Made by a program: the position numbers and the translations under genes
In this document: piece after piece, positions 40,033-49,680 of the stretch
How positions within the stretch are numbered: position 1 is the stretch's first letter
How the letters are laid out: each line of letters starts with the position of its first letter
The notes under the pieces: generated by a model
The model's database searches: none
Told to the model about the DNA's origin: nothing
The model's input: only the letters and a program-made list of their open reading frames with translations
Assembly: GCA_001824295.1 (NCBI GenBank)
Contig: MHWY01000001.1
Span: 5,034-69,033 of the forward strand
Length of the DNA stretch: 64,000 bases
Reading direction: 5' to 3'
Source of the DNA: Candidatus Zambryskibacteria bacterium RIFOXYD1_FULL_40_13
Lineage (GTDB): Bacteria > Patescibacteriota > Minisyncoccia > Phycocordibacterales > DATDWN01

Positions 40033-40689
40033 TCATTGTGTGCTTACCACCCCCTTCTTGCCGTAGTTCTTGAACACCATCACGTGGAAAACAAGCTGGT
40101 TAAATTCCTCAACAAAAATCAGCTCGCCTTCCTGCATTTTTTTTGTCAGATACTCTCGTATCCAGTTGATGTCACCCTTCTTGGCGATATCAACCGTAGA
40201 GCCCGTTAGGTGAGATGACCTCCGAGGACCAGTCGTCTCCACTGCATTAGAGTTTATCTTTGCGATAACTCTTTGTCGTGGCACAGAACGAACTGCTGAA
40301 TTCACTTGGACTGGGTCGGTGAATCCAGTCTGAAACGCATGGGCAAGGCCCAAGTCGTCCAGAAAACTGCGAGTCCACGGGAGACAATAGCGGTACTGTG
40401 CTGGTAGTCGGTAGTCTACCCGCACAAACAGGTTGTGAGGAAGGGGTGCAAGGGTGCCGTCTTTGACAAGCCTTGCCAGCTGTTTGTCGTTCTTGATTTT
40501 GACCAACCCTTCTCTGTCTGCCTGTTCATTCTGCCTTATCGCAAGCTCTCTCCGCTCCTCTATCGAGAGCTTATGTATCTCTGTTTGTGGGGATAGTGGA
40601 TTTGGCATAGTCCAAACCACATCACCAAACCACAAAAGAGAAACTAGTAAACAAAACGTGGTCCTAGTCAGCATGTGCTGTCCTTTCAA
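40033..40689 (-). CDS. secreted peptidase M15-like protein (moderately GC-rich)
   Basis: N-terminal signal peptide; SSHLTGSTVDI resembles S-x-H-x2-G-x3-D zinc-binding motif of VanY/M15 peptidases. Confidence 0.45.
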   Translation of the reverse strand: MKGQHMLTRTTFCLLVSLLWFGDVVWTMPNPLSPQTEIHKLSIEERRELAIRQNEQADREGLVKIKNDKQLARLVKDGTLAPLPHNLFVRVDYRLPAQYRYCLPWTRSFLDDLGLAHAFQTGFTDPVQVNSAVRSVPRQRVIAKINSNAVETTGPRRSSHLTGSTVDIAKKGDINWIREYLTKKMQEGELIFVEEFNQLVFHVMVFKNYGKKGVVSTQ

Positions 40690-40790
40690 ATAACAGGATT
40701 ACTGGGGGCGTCTATTTTTATAGTAACACAGTTATTTTTTTTACAACAAAAAACCCGCATGAAGCAGTTCACTCTTTTTGTTTTTATGAT

Positions 40791-41522
40791 TTAGCTCCAG
40801 CCTCTAGTTTTTAATGCCTCGCGAGCGGCACTCTGCTCTGCTTCCTGTTTTGAAACTCCATCGCCAGTAGCGACCAAATCCTTCCCAATATATACACCAA
40901 CAGTAAATCTTTTCTCATGATCAGGACCAGCTTCTTTAATAGTCTTGTAGGAAGGAGTGATTCCATCAAACTCCTGGGCTTTTTCCTGAAATAAACTTTT
41001 TGCATCAATAAAACTTTTGGCAGAAATAATATCTTCTATCTTTGGAGTAAAGTTCTTTTCAATAAACCCCTTGGCAGAATCATAACCCTGGTCAATATAG
41101 ATAGCCCCTATCAATGCCTCCAAAGCGTTAGCCAAAATATATTGTCTCGCACGGCCAACATCTTTACTTTCTCCTTTTGATAACAAGAGATAATCACCCA
41201 TTTGAAGTTCGATCGCAATTCCCGCACAGGTATCAGCATTAACAAGGGCTGACCTGTAGGCAGTAAGCTCTCCCTCTGCCTTATCATAATATTTCTTGTA
41301 TAGATAGTCAGTAATAACTAGTTCGAGCACGGCATCTCCGAGAAACTCTAGTCTTTCGTTGTGTGTAAGTCCTGACTGCTTGTTTTCGTTTATATATGAA
41401 CGATGAACAAAGGCCTGCTTCAAAAGCCCCTCATCCTTGAATGAAAGTCCTGCCTCCTTTTGAAATTTCTCAAAATCTGTTGTCATGACAACAATATAAC
41501 CACAATTTTTACTATTCTGCAA
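40791..41522 (-). CDS. rnc: ribonuclease III
   Basis: ERLEFLGDAVLELVITDYLY signature, C-terminal dsRBD. Confidence 0.85.
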   Translation of the reverse strand: MQNSKNCGYIVVMTTDFEKFQKEAGLSFKDEGLLKQAFVHRSYINENKQSGLTHNERLEFLGDAVLELVITDYLYKKYYDKAEGELTAYRSALVNADTCAGIAIELQMGDYLLLSKGESKDVGRARQYILANALEALIGAIYIDQGYDSAKGFIEKNFTPKIEDIISAKSFIDAKSLFQEKAQEFDGITPSYKTIKEAGPDHEKRFTVGVYIGKDLVATGDGVSKQEAEQSAAREALKTRGWS

Positions 41523-42434
41523 TTATTGTTTCTTTAGGAGTATGTTGATGGCCTTGGTGATAAGTGGAAGTATGTCGTTGTAGAAATTTAAGTCTATTAT
41601 ATCGGCCAGCTTAAACCACTTAGCATCATCTAGGCCTCCCTTAGCTTCCGGAGTTAAATCCTTATATTCTGACTCGGCCAAAAAATATGTGACATGTTTT
41701 CTTATCTTTCCTTTCTCTGGATGATATGTTGGGTATTCGTTCTCGCCAAGTTTTTCTTTTATAACAATATCAAGTCCGAGTTCTTCTTTTATTTCTCGAA
41801 CTGTACCATCTTCAACGCTTTCGTTTTTTGTCTCCTCTGAATCACCAATCTTTCCTTTGGACAGTGTCCAGTGTCCAAAAACATCGTGAACCAGTGCGAG
41901 GTAGATGTCTTCTCCATCGCGTGCATAAACCACCGCACCACCCAGATGCTGAGTCGGAACATTTCCTGACATTGGTGCCTTTTTCTTGTCTCTCGAGGTC
42001 TCGTCCTTACCAGGTTCACCAAGCTCTTTGTAAACAGCCCCCAAGACACCATTAACAAACTTACTTGATGTTTCACCACCAAACGCTTTTGACAATTCTA
42101 TGGCCTCATTTATAGCCACCTTCGGGGGCACTTCCCCCCTATCTGAAAACAATAATTCAAACAAGCCGATGCGAAGTATGTTTCTATCTATAATACTTAT
42201 CTTTTCTATTGGCCAGTCTGGAGCCGCTTTTTCTATTATCAAATCAATATCTTTCTGCTTTTCCAAAACACCGTTCAAGAGATTCTCCATAAACGAAAAA
42301 TCCCCGTGACCCGGAGCAAATTCATGCACATTTCTTTTAAATATTTTTGGAACTTCCTGTGAATCTTTCGAGCCAAAGTCCCACTCAAAGAGTGTTTGTA
42401 GAACTATGGATCTGGAAAGGTGCCTGTTTGCCAT
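41523..42434 (-). CDS. nusB: NusB antitermination factor fused to C-terminal NUDIX hydrolase domain
   Basis: N-terminal NusB-like helical domain (first about 140 aa); C-terminal Nudix box GKIGDSEETKNESVEDGTVREIKEELGL. Confidence 0.65.
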   Translation of the reverse strand: MANRHLSRSIVLQTLFEWDFGSKDSQEVPKIFKRNVHEFAPGHGDFSFMENLLNGVLEKQKDIDLIIEKAAPDWPIEKISIIDRNILRIGLFELLFSDRGEVPPKVAINEAIELSKAFGGETSSKFVNGVLGAVYKELGEPGKDETSRDKKKAPMSGNVPTQHLGGAVVYARDGEDIYLALVHDVFGHWTLSKGKIGDSEETKNESVEDGTVREIKEELGLDIVIKEKLGENEYPTYHPEKGKIRKHVTYFLAESEYKDLTPEAKGGLDDAKWFKLADIIDLNFYNDILPLITKAINILLKKQ

Positions 42435-42526
42435 TAAACTAGTGATTAGTTTCTAGTAACTAGGTTTCAGTATAGCAACAAATGATTTTATTGACTAGAA
42501 CCCAACAACTGAAAACTACAACCTAA

Positions 42527-42751
42527 TTATTTACCAGCTTTCTCTTGTTTCTCTTTCTTTGCTCTCTTTGCAATCTTTGCCTGCATATCAATAACTACTC
42601 GGCCCTTATACTGACCTGTAACAAGTGAAGCTCTGTGACGCAAATGTGGAACGTTTGTGTTTTTGTCCAAAGTTACAGCGGGTTTAGATAATCGATGGTG
42701 AGATCGAGTTCTGTTTCGCTGACTCTTTGTATGACGCATTCTTACAACCAT
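42527..42751 (-). CDS. rpmF: 50S ribosomal protein L32
   Basis: SQRNRTRSHHRL ... HLRHRASLVTGQYKGRVV pattern of L32. Confidence 0.7.
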   Translation of the reverse strand: MVVRMRHTKSQRNRTRSHHRLSKPAVTLDKNTNVPHLRHRASLVTGQYKGRVVIDMQAKIAKRAKKEKQEKAGK

Positions 42752-42791
42752 AATAGAGAAAAGATAACATATCCCTTATAAAAACACAATA

Positions 42792-43412
42792 TTATCTAAA
42801 TCTTTTGCAAAAAGTCTTACGGTGTATGCTGGATAATCCACATTTGCTCACAGCTTTGCAGTGCTGTTTTGTCCCATATCCCTTATGACTTTCAAATCCA
42901 TATTGAGGATATTTCTTTGCCAATTTACACATCAGGGCATCCCTAGAAACCTTGGCTAATATTGAAGCCCAAGCTATTATTCTCTCCTTCTCATCTCCTT
43001 TTATTATTGTTCTTTGTTTTGTAAATTCGCTTGGGGCTCGAAGACCCCCATCAAGCAAAACTTCGCATTGTTTTGGATTAAGGTTTAGTTTTTTTATACC
43101 TTGATTTATAGCTTTCCTTATGCAAAAAGCGATTCCCTTTTCATCTATCACTTTATTAGAAACATGAATTATTATATATTCTAAGTTTCCCTTTTGTACA
43201 AGGTGGAACCTTGTACTGAGTATTTTTAAATATTTGGCGTATTGTTGGCGTAGTTCTGGAGAAAGTTTCTTACTGTCTTTTCCTGTTGGTGGTAAATACC
43301 TATCTTTCTTTAATTTCTTATAGAGTCCTAGTTCGCAAACAGCAATACCAACCGTCACTGGCCCCGCCAAAGGACCTCTCCCGACTTCATCTATGCCCAC
43401 AATGTATTTCAT
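42792..43412 (-). CDS. rnhB: ribonuclease HII
   Basis: GIDEVGRGPLAGPVTV catalytic N-terminus. Confidence 0.85.
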   Translation of the reverse strand: MKYIVGIDEVGRGPLAGPVTVGIAVCELGLYKKLKKDRYLPPTGKDSKKLSPELRQQYAKYLKILSTRFHLVQKGNLEYIIIHVSNKVIDEKGIAFCIRKAINQGIKKLNLNPKQCEVLLDGGLRAPSEFTKQRTIIKGDEKERIIAWASILAKVSRDALMCKLAKKYPQYGFESHKGYGTKQHCKAVSKCGLSSIHRKTFCKRFR

Positions 43413-43558
43413 CCCATCATTTTATCATATACGAAAACCCGGTAGTGAATTTTAGCATTAGACTTTGTCCGCTCTGAAAGAGCAATGCTAAAATCTACTA
43501 CCGGGAGAAGAGCCGTCGGCGTGCACCTGGCACGCGGACAGCCCTTTAGAAAACAGCA

Positions 43559-43795
43559 TCAGATACCGACCCCTCTCTCACGGCCCGCCCTGATCCACCT
43601 AACAATGCGAGAGTTGTCCCCCCGCAATGTTTCAACTTCAGTCCGCAGGTCAGCGAGTTCGCGCACCGCGTCCGCGACACTGTGCCACAAGGCCTCCTCT
43701 GCTGAGCCGGGCTTTGCCCTCTGGCCCTCTGTCACGACAATCGCCTCCATCTCATCGATGGGAATCAGAAGCACTCTACCGCCAGTCTTCGACAT
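43559..43795 (-). CDS. hypothetical 78-aa protein (GC-rich island 10)
   Basis: AGGGAGGG SD 7 nt before internal ATG (MSKTGGRVLLIP...); ORF-track start is TTG. Confidence 0.4.
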   Translation of the reverse strand: MSKTGGRVLLIPIDEMEAIVVTEGQRAKPGSAEEALWHSVADAVRELADLRTEVETLRGDNSRIVRWIRAGRERGVGI

Positions 43796-43894
43796 GTCCA
43801 CTGCCCTCCCTATCCCCAAAATACCACCAAATCACCTCTATATCAACCCCCCCTCTCCACCACACTGATGACATGCTATAATACAGTCACAAAA

Positions 43895-44017
43895 AATAAT
43901 CTCGATGAGTAATATCTTGAGAAGAGACTAGTGAGCGCGACGGCGCGAACTCAAGCAAAATTTCAGCAGAAATTTATGCGTGTCTCTTCGAGAGATATTA
44001 CGAGTAAGAGATTATTT
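43895..44017 (-). repeat. palindromic structured element family 1, copy 3 (inverted, immediately upstream of dnaE)
   Basis: core gcaaaatttcagcagaaatttatgcg is the reverse complement of the conserved hairpin in copies 1-2; flanked by an imperfect about 34-nt inverted repeat. Confidence 0.5.
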
Positions 44018-44027
44018 TCCAAAAAAC

Positions 44028-47000
44028 ATGTCATCAAAATTTATCCACCTACACACACACAGTCACTACTCCCTTCTTAACGCCCTGCCGAAAATAAATG
44101 CGCTTGTTGATGAGGCGATAAAAAACGAAATGCCTGCCATTGCCCTGACGGACAACTGCAATTTATACGGTGCAATCGAGTTTTATAAAACCTGCAAGAA
44201 AAAAGAAATCAAACCAATTATCGGTATTGATGCCTATGTTGCCTATCGTTCACGCCTTGATAAAACAGGAATAGACAAAGAACGGTACAGACTTGTCCTG
44301 CTTGCAGAAAACGAGGTTGGATATAAAAACCTAATACAGCTGGTTACACTCGCACACCTAGAAGGCTTCTACTACAAGCCACGCATTGACCGCGAAATCC
44401 TAGAGAAGTACCACGAGGGACTTATTGCTATTGCCCCATCTTTCTCCAGTGATATTTTAAAATCTCTCCAGCTGGCAAACGACGAGCAAGCTCTTGAAAG
44501 GTTAAACTGGTACAAACGAGTCTTCAGTGGAACAACAGAGAAACCAAATTTTTTCCTGGAGATAACTCACCATCCAGAGATAAAAGGCCATGAAGAAAAT
44601 ATGAGAAAGATGGTGGAGTTTGGGAAGAACACCAACACTCCAATAGTCGCCTCGCATGACGTGTATTATATAAATAAGGAAGACCGAGTAGCCAGAGAGA
44701 CACTGCTTGCGGTCCAGTCACAGAATGACGAGAAGATTGAGGAAGGAGATGACGACTTCTCTTTCATCACTCCCAAACAGGCAGAAAAATATTTCAAGGA
44801 TTTACCAGAGGCCCTAGAAAATACTACAAAAATCGCTGATAGATGTAACTTAGAAATCTCTATCGGCAAGTGGTTTCTTCCAAAATATGTTGTGGAAAGT
44901 GGTTTGTCGTACGACGACGAACTTCGTCGTATCACAGAAGAAGGTATCAAAAAAAGAGGTCTGACAAAAACTCCAGAAATTGAAGAGAGAATGGAGTACG
45001 AACTAAAAATCATAAGGGATAAAGGCTATGCTCCTTATTTTCTGGTTGTATCTGACTTACTACATTTTGCTCACGAAAATGGAATTCTAACAACTATTCG
45101 AGGTTCAGTTGCTGGCTCACTTGTGACCTACCTTTCGGGTATTACAAATGTGGACCCACTTCTTTACAAACTTCCCTTTGAGCGTTTCCTTAATCCCGAA
45201 AGACCATCCGCTCCAGATATTGATATGGACTACGCTGACAACAGAAGAGACGAAATGATTGACTATGCAAGGCGTAAATATGGGATTGATAAAGTAGCTC
45301 AGATTGGAACCTTTGGTACCATGGCTGCTCGTGGAGCGGTTCGTGATGTGACCCGTGCTCTCGGTTTTCCATACGGTGTTGGAGATTCAATAGCTAAACT
45401 CATCCCTATGGGGGCACAGGGATTCCCTATGACTATAGAGAGGGCTCTCAAGGAAACCCCCGAGCTGAAAACCATGTACGACTCAGAAACAGATGTAAAA
45501 AAAATAATAGACATGGCAAAAAAGATAGAGGGTTGTGCGAGACACATCTCCGTGCATGCTGCGGGTGTGGTTATCTCTCCAACCCCCCTTACAGACTATG
45601 TTCCACTACAGTATGATACAAAAGGTGACAACAAAATAATCACTCAATACGACATGAACGACGTCGGCGAGGATGGGGTTGGGCTTTTGAAATTTGACTT
45701 TCTTGGTATTAGAAATCTTTCTATTTTGGCCGATGCAGTGAAACTAACGGAAAAACTTGAGGGGATAAAACTTGATATTGAAAATGTTCCAGTTGATGAC
45801 AAAAAAACCTTTGAAATGCTCGCCCGTGGTGAAACTATTGGTCTGTTTCAGCTAAACGGTGATGGGATGACCCGCTCTCTCATGGAACTTAAACCAACCG
45901 TTATATACGACATCAATGTTATGGTAGCTCTCTATCGACCCGGACCAATGGACAACATCCAGGAATACATGCAAAGAAAGCATGGCAAAAAACCAACAAC
46001 CTATATTCATCCCAAAATGAAAAATTTCTTAGACCGAACTTTTGGAGTGCTTGTTTACCAGGACGACCTGATGATGACTGCTATAGAAGTCGCCGGGTAT
46101 ACCTGGGGCGAAGTGGATAAATTCCGTAAAGCTATCGGAAAGAAAATTCGTGAGGAAATGGCAAAGCAACATGTTAAATTCGTGGAAGGATGTCAAAAGC
46201 ACGGTGGTATGACAGAGAAAAAGGCGGAGGAACTTTGGAACTTATTTGAGCCGTTCCAGGGATATGGATTCAACAAAGCCCACGCTGCTAGTTATGGAAA
46301 AGTGGCTTACCAAACAGCCTACATGAAAGCCAACTTTCCTGCTATCTATATGTCCGCAGTGCTTACAGCTGAGTCTGGTGATGTGGAGAAGATTGCTGAA
46401 ATTATCGGTGAGTGTAAACGCATGGGAATCGCCGTTCTACCCCCAGATGTAAATGAATCTTTTGAGGGCTTCACTGTAATTAAGAATCAGAACCCCGAAG
46501 AAAAGGATTCTATACGATTTGGACTTACAACAATCAAAAACTTTGGTGAAGGTATTGCCTCCTCTATTATTGCTGAAAGAAAAGCTGGTGGAAAATTCAT
46601 TTCTCTCTCCGATTTTCTTCGTCGTATAAAAGACAAGAACTTAAACAAGAAATCCCTGGAGGCCCTCATAAAAACTGGCGCTATGGATTTCTTCGGTGAC
46701 AGAGGACTACTTTTATCTAATCTTGAAAAAATCATTGCTTTTAACAAAGAAGAAAGGAGTAAAGAGAGCGACCAGGACTCCTTGTTTGGTGGAATAGTAG
46801 AAATGAGCCAAGCAAATGACATTCTACTTGAACCAGCTCCCTTAGCTATCCCTTCTGATAAACTGCTTTGGGAAAAAGAATTGCTTGGACTCTATATTTC
46901 GGGTCACCCTCTAGAAAGCTTTAAGAATAAACTTGAAACAAAAGCTACAAATATAAAAAAAATAAAAGATACAGCCAAAGAGAGAGAAGAAGTTGTTGTT

Positions 47001-47231
47001 GGTGGAATAATTGAAGATATAAGAAGTGTTGTGACAAAAAAGGGTGACAAAATGATTTTTCTCAAATTTGCAGATCTTACAGATTCCATAGAAGCGGTGG
47101 CTTTTCCGAAAGTTTTTGAGGAATTTCAAGATATATTAATCCCAGAAAGTTGCCTAGTCATTAAAGGAACATTTTCCACACGTAACGGCGGTAAATCTAT
47201 TTTGATTGATAAAGCTAAATTGTTGGAATAA
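44028..47231 (+). CDS. dnaE: DNA polymerase III alpha subunit
   Basis: N-terminal PHP domain HLHTHSHYSLL, polymerase core, C-terminal OB fold; start at ATG 44028 after the repeat. Confidence 0.9.
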   Translation: MSSKFIHLHTHSHYSLLNALPKINALVDEAIKNEMPAIALTDNCNLYGAIEFYKTCKKKEIKPIIGIDAYVAYRSRLDKTGIDKERYRLVLLAENEVGYKNLIQLVTLAHLEGFYYKPRIDREILEKYHEGLIAIAPSFSSDILKSLQLANDEQALERLNWYKRVFSGTTEKPNFFLEITHHPEIKGHEENMRKMVEFGKNTNTPIVASHDVYYINKEDRVARETLLAVQSQNDEKIEEGDDDFSFITPKQAEKYFKDLPEALENTTKIADRCNLEISIGKWFLPKYVVESGLSYDDELRRITEEGIKKRGLTKTPEIEERMEYELKIIRDKGYAPYFLVVSDLLHFAHENGILTTIRGSVAGSLVTYLSGITNVDPLLYKLPFERFLNPERPSAPDIDMDYADNRRDEMIDYARRKYGIDKVAQIGTFGTMAARGAVRDVTRALGFPYGVGDSIAKLIPMGAQGFPMTIERALKETPELKTMYDSETDVKKIIDMAKKIEGCARHISVHAAGVVISPTPLTDYVPLQYDTKGDNKIITQYDMNDVGEDGVGLLKFDFLGIRNLSILADAVKLTEKLEGIKLDIENVPVDDKKTFEMLARGETIGLFQLNGDGMTRSLMELKPTVIYDINVMVALYRPGPMDNIQEYMQRKHGKKPTTYIHPKMKNFLDRTFGVLVYQDDLMMTAIEVAGYTWGEVDKFRKAIGKKIREEMAKQHVKFVEGCQKHGGMTEKKAEELWNLFEPFQGYGFNKAHAASYGKVAYQTAYMKANFPAIYMSAVLTAESGDVEKIAEIIGECKRMGIAVLPPDVNESFEGFTVIKNQNPEEKDSIRFGLTTIKNFGEGIASSIIAERKAGGKFISLSDFLRRIKDKNLNKKSLEALIKTGAMDFFGDRGLLLSNLEKIIAFNKEERSKESDQDSLFGGIVEMSQANDILLEPAPLAIPSDKLLWEKELLGLYISGHPLESFKNKLETKATNIKKIKDTAKEREEVVVGGIIEDIRSVVTKKGDKMIFLKFADLTDSIEAVAFPKVFEEFQDILIPESCLVIKGTFSTRNGGKSILIDKAKLLE

Positions 47232-47239
47232 AAGTTGTG

Positions 47240-47480
47240 ATGGACTTTGATAGTTAAAATTGGGTTTGACAGCGAGAAATAGAAGTATATCATTGTACAC
47301 ATAGAGATTGTTGTGGTCACCAACCACAATCCCGCAAAGTGGGACCGTAAGGCTAATCTATAAAAAGAGTGTCCCTTGATTCATCAGGGGAAAACTGGGT
47401 GGAACCGCGAACAACTATTAAGTTGCCCGTCCTAGTAAGAATGCAAGTCATTGTATTTTTACTAGGGCGTTTTTTATTAT
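47240..47480 (+). promoter_or_regulatory. T-box riboswitch leader, threonine specifier
   Basis: specifier hairpin 47306-47331 with ACC in loop; T-box sequence ctGGGTGGaACCGCGaac at 47391-47411; terminator cctagtaa...ttactagg + TTTTTT at 47431-47476 just before thrS. Confidence 0.7.
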
Positions 47481-47500
47481 TAAAATCTAACCAAATTAAA

Positions 47501-49243
47501 ATGGAAAAAGAAAAATTAGAAAAAATGCGACATTCGCTGTCACACCTTATGGCCTCGGCTATTCTTGAACTATATCCAGACACGCTAGTTACACTTGGGC
47601 CAGCAATAGATACGGGTTTCTACTACGACTTTGAATTCAAATCCCCTGTTTCGGAAAAGGATTTTGATAAAATAGAACAAGTAATGCGAAAACACGCGAA
47701 GTCATGGAAGGGGTTTGAGAAAACAGACGTATCACATGAGGAAGCTAAAAAAATATTTGCTGGGAATCCATACAAGCTTGAACTTATCGAGGGAATAAAA
47801 GAAAAGGGTGAACAAATAACCCTACACAAATCTGGTGAATTTACAGACCTTTGTCGCGGTGGACATGTGGAAGACATGTCAAGGGTGCCCCTTGACAGTT
47901 GGAAACTCGACCGGGTGGCTGGAGCATATTGGAGAGGAGACGAGAAAAATAAGATGCTTACTCGTATTTACGGCCTAGCTTTTGAAACAAAGGAAAAATT
48001 AGACGAATATGTAACACAACAAGAGGAAGCCAAAAAAAGGGACCACCGAGAACTTGGGAAAAAATTAGAATTATTTACATTTGATGAAGAAATTGGAAAA
48101 GGTCTCCCTATCTGGTTACCAAAAGGAAATATAATTAAAGAAGAACTAGAAGACTGGGCAAAAGAAACAGAAAAAAATTGGGGCTACCAAAGAGTAACGA
48201 CTCCGATAATAACAAAGGAAAATCTTTTTTATACATCCGGGCATCTACCGTTGTATAAAGAAAGTATGTACAACCCAATCTCAATTGAAAATGAGAACTA
48301 TTATATTAAACCCATGAACTGTCCATTTCATCACAAAGTCTTTTCTGCAATTCCCAGAACATATAAAGAATTGCCCCTCAGAATTGCCGAGTATGGTTGG
48401 TGTCATAGATATGAAGACTCTGGCAGTCTTTTTGGCCTTATGAGAGTCCGTGGTATGCAAATGAATGATTCCCATATATACACAACAAAGGAACAGGCAA
48501 TAGACGAATTTGTAAGTGTTATTAGGCTTCATGAATACTATTACAAAGTTCTCGGAATAGAAAAATACGAAATGGAATTAGCCCTTCGTGATCCAAAAAA
48601 TATGAGTAAGTACCACGGAGAAGAAGATGATTGGAAAACTGCAGAAGAAATGACAATAAAAGCAATGGAAATTTCCGGTGTACCGTTTAAAATTGTTCAC
48701 GAAGGTGCAGCATTTTATGGACCAAAAATGGATTTTCAGATTTATTCTTCAATAGGGAGATCTTTTACAGCATCTACAAATCAACTAGATTTATATATGG
48801 GGAAAAGATTTAAACTTGAATATGTAGACAAAGATGGCTCAACAAAAACACCTTACATCATTCATCGAGCCCCACTCGGAACACATGAAAGATTCATAGG
48901 ATTCCTCATCGAACACTATGCAGGAAACTTCCCTCTCTGGCTTTCTCCAATCCAGGTCAAGGTTATTCCAGTTAGGACAAACCACAATGAGTATGCCAAA
49001 GGAGTCTATGATATGCTAAAATTAAAGGGTATCCGTGCAGAGCTTGATAATGACGATTCAAACCTAGGCGGAAAAGTTCGAGGGGCAAAGAATCAAAAAA
49101 TCCCTTATTGGATTGTCGTTGGGGACAAAGAAGTAGAGGCGGGTAAGGTCACGCTGGAATCCAGAGATAATGGCCAGCTTGGTCAGATGACAGCGGATGA
49201 ACTCGTTTCAAAATTATCAGAAGAAATTACAAATAAAAAATAA
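47501..49243 (+). CDS. thrS: threonyl-tRNA synthetase (lacks N-terminal TGS region)
   Basis: class II catalytic core and C-terminal anticodon-binding domain; HxxxH and CxxxH zinc site region. Confidence 0.9.
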   Translation: MEKEKLEKMRHSLSHLMASAILELYPDTLVTLGPAIDTGFYYDFEFKSPVSEKDFDKIEQVMRKHAKSWKGFEKTDVSHEEAKKIFAGNPYKLELIEGIKEKGEQITLHKSGEFTDLCRGGHVEDMSRVPLDSWKLDRVAGAYWRGDEKNKMLTRIYGLAFETKEKLDEYVTQQEEAKKRDHRELGKKLELFTFDEEIGKGLPIWLPKGNIIKEELEDWAKETEKNWGYQRVTTPIITKENLFYTSGHLPLYKESMYNPISIENENYYIKPMNCPFHHKVFSAIPRTYKELPLRIAEYGWCHRYEDSGSLFGLMRVRGMQMNDSHIYTTKEQAIDEFVSVIRLHEYYYKVLGIEKYEMELALRDPKNMSKYHGEEDDWKTAEEMTIKAMEISGVPFKIVHEGAAFYGPKMDFQIYSSIGRSFTASTNQLDLYMGKRFKLEYVDKDGSTKTPYIIHRAPLGTHERFIGFLIEHYAGNFPLWLSPIQVKVIPVRTNHNEYAKGVYDMLKLKGIRAELDNDDSNLGGKVRGAKNQKIPYWIVVGDKEVEAGKVTLESRDNGQLGQMTADELVSKLSEEITNKK

Positions 49244-49248
49244 TTAAT

Positions 49249-49500
49249 ATGAAGAAAAAACTATACAAAAGTGAAAATGACAAAGTGGTGGCTGGAGTCA
49301 TTGGTGGCATCGCAGAATATTTTGATATGGATGCCTCAATACTGAGAATTGTTTATATTCTGTTGGCTGTGGTGACCGCAATAGTACCTGCTATCCTTGG
49401 TTATATTATCGCAGCTTTGATAATCCCTAATAAGCCAGATGTTGTCCATATGGACCATAAAGAACCAGAGCCAAAGCCAGAAGAGAACAAAACAAACTAA
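49249..49500 (+). CDS. PspC-domain membrane protein
   Basis: VVAGVIGGIAEYFDMDASILRIVYILLAV PspC motif plus TM helix. Confidence 0.6.
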   Translation: MKKKLYKSENDKVVAGVIGGIAEYFDMDASILRIVYILLAVVTAIVPAILGYIIAALIIPNKPDVVHMDHKEPEPKPEENKTN

Positions 49501-49537
49501 ATAAAAACTAATTTTCAGACTGAGAACCTAAAACTTT

Positions 49538-49648
49538 CAGATTTGGATGACTTCCGCATAGAACTTTCAAATTTGAGACAAGGTCGCGTATAAAATAAAA
49601 AGTATTTCCGGAGGTGTACATGTGGTACATTGACGGAAATACTTTTTA
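49538..49648. repeat. intergenic repeat family 2, copy C
   Basis: shares two sequence blocks with 9921-10000; contains hairpin aaaagtatttccg ... cggaaatactttt. Confidence 0.35.
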
Positions 49649-49680
49649 TTTTAGACGATGAGATTGGCCAAATTTGGAAG

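Noticed and set aside
43485-43868. 127-aa plus-strand ORF in island 10
   Set aside because: The minus-strand frame has an AGGGAGGG SD before an ATG. The plus frame is Arg/Ser/Pro-rich, typical of GC-rich noise.
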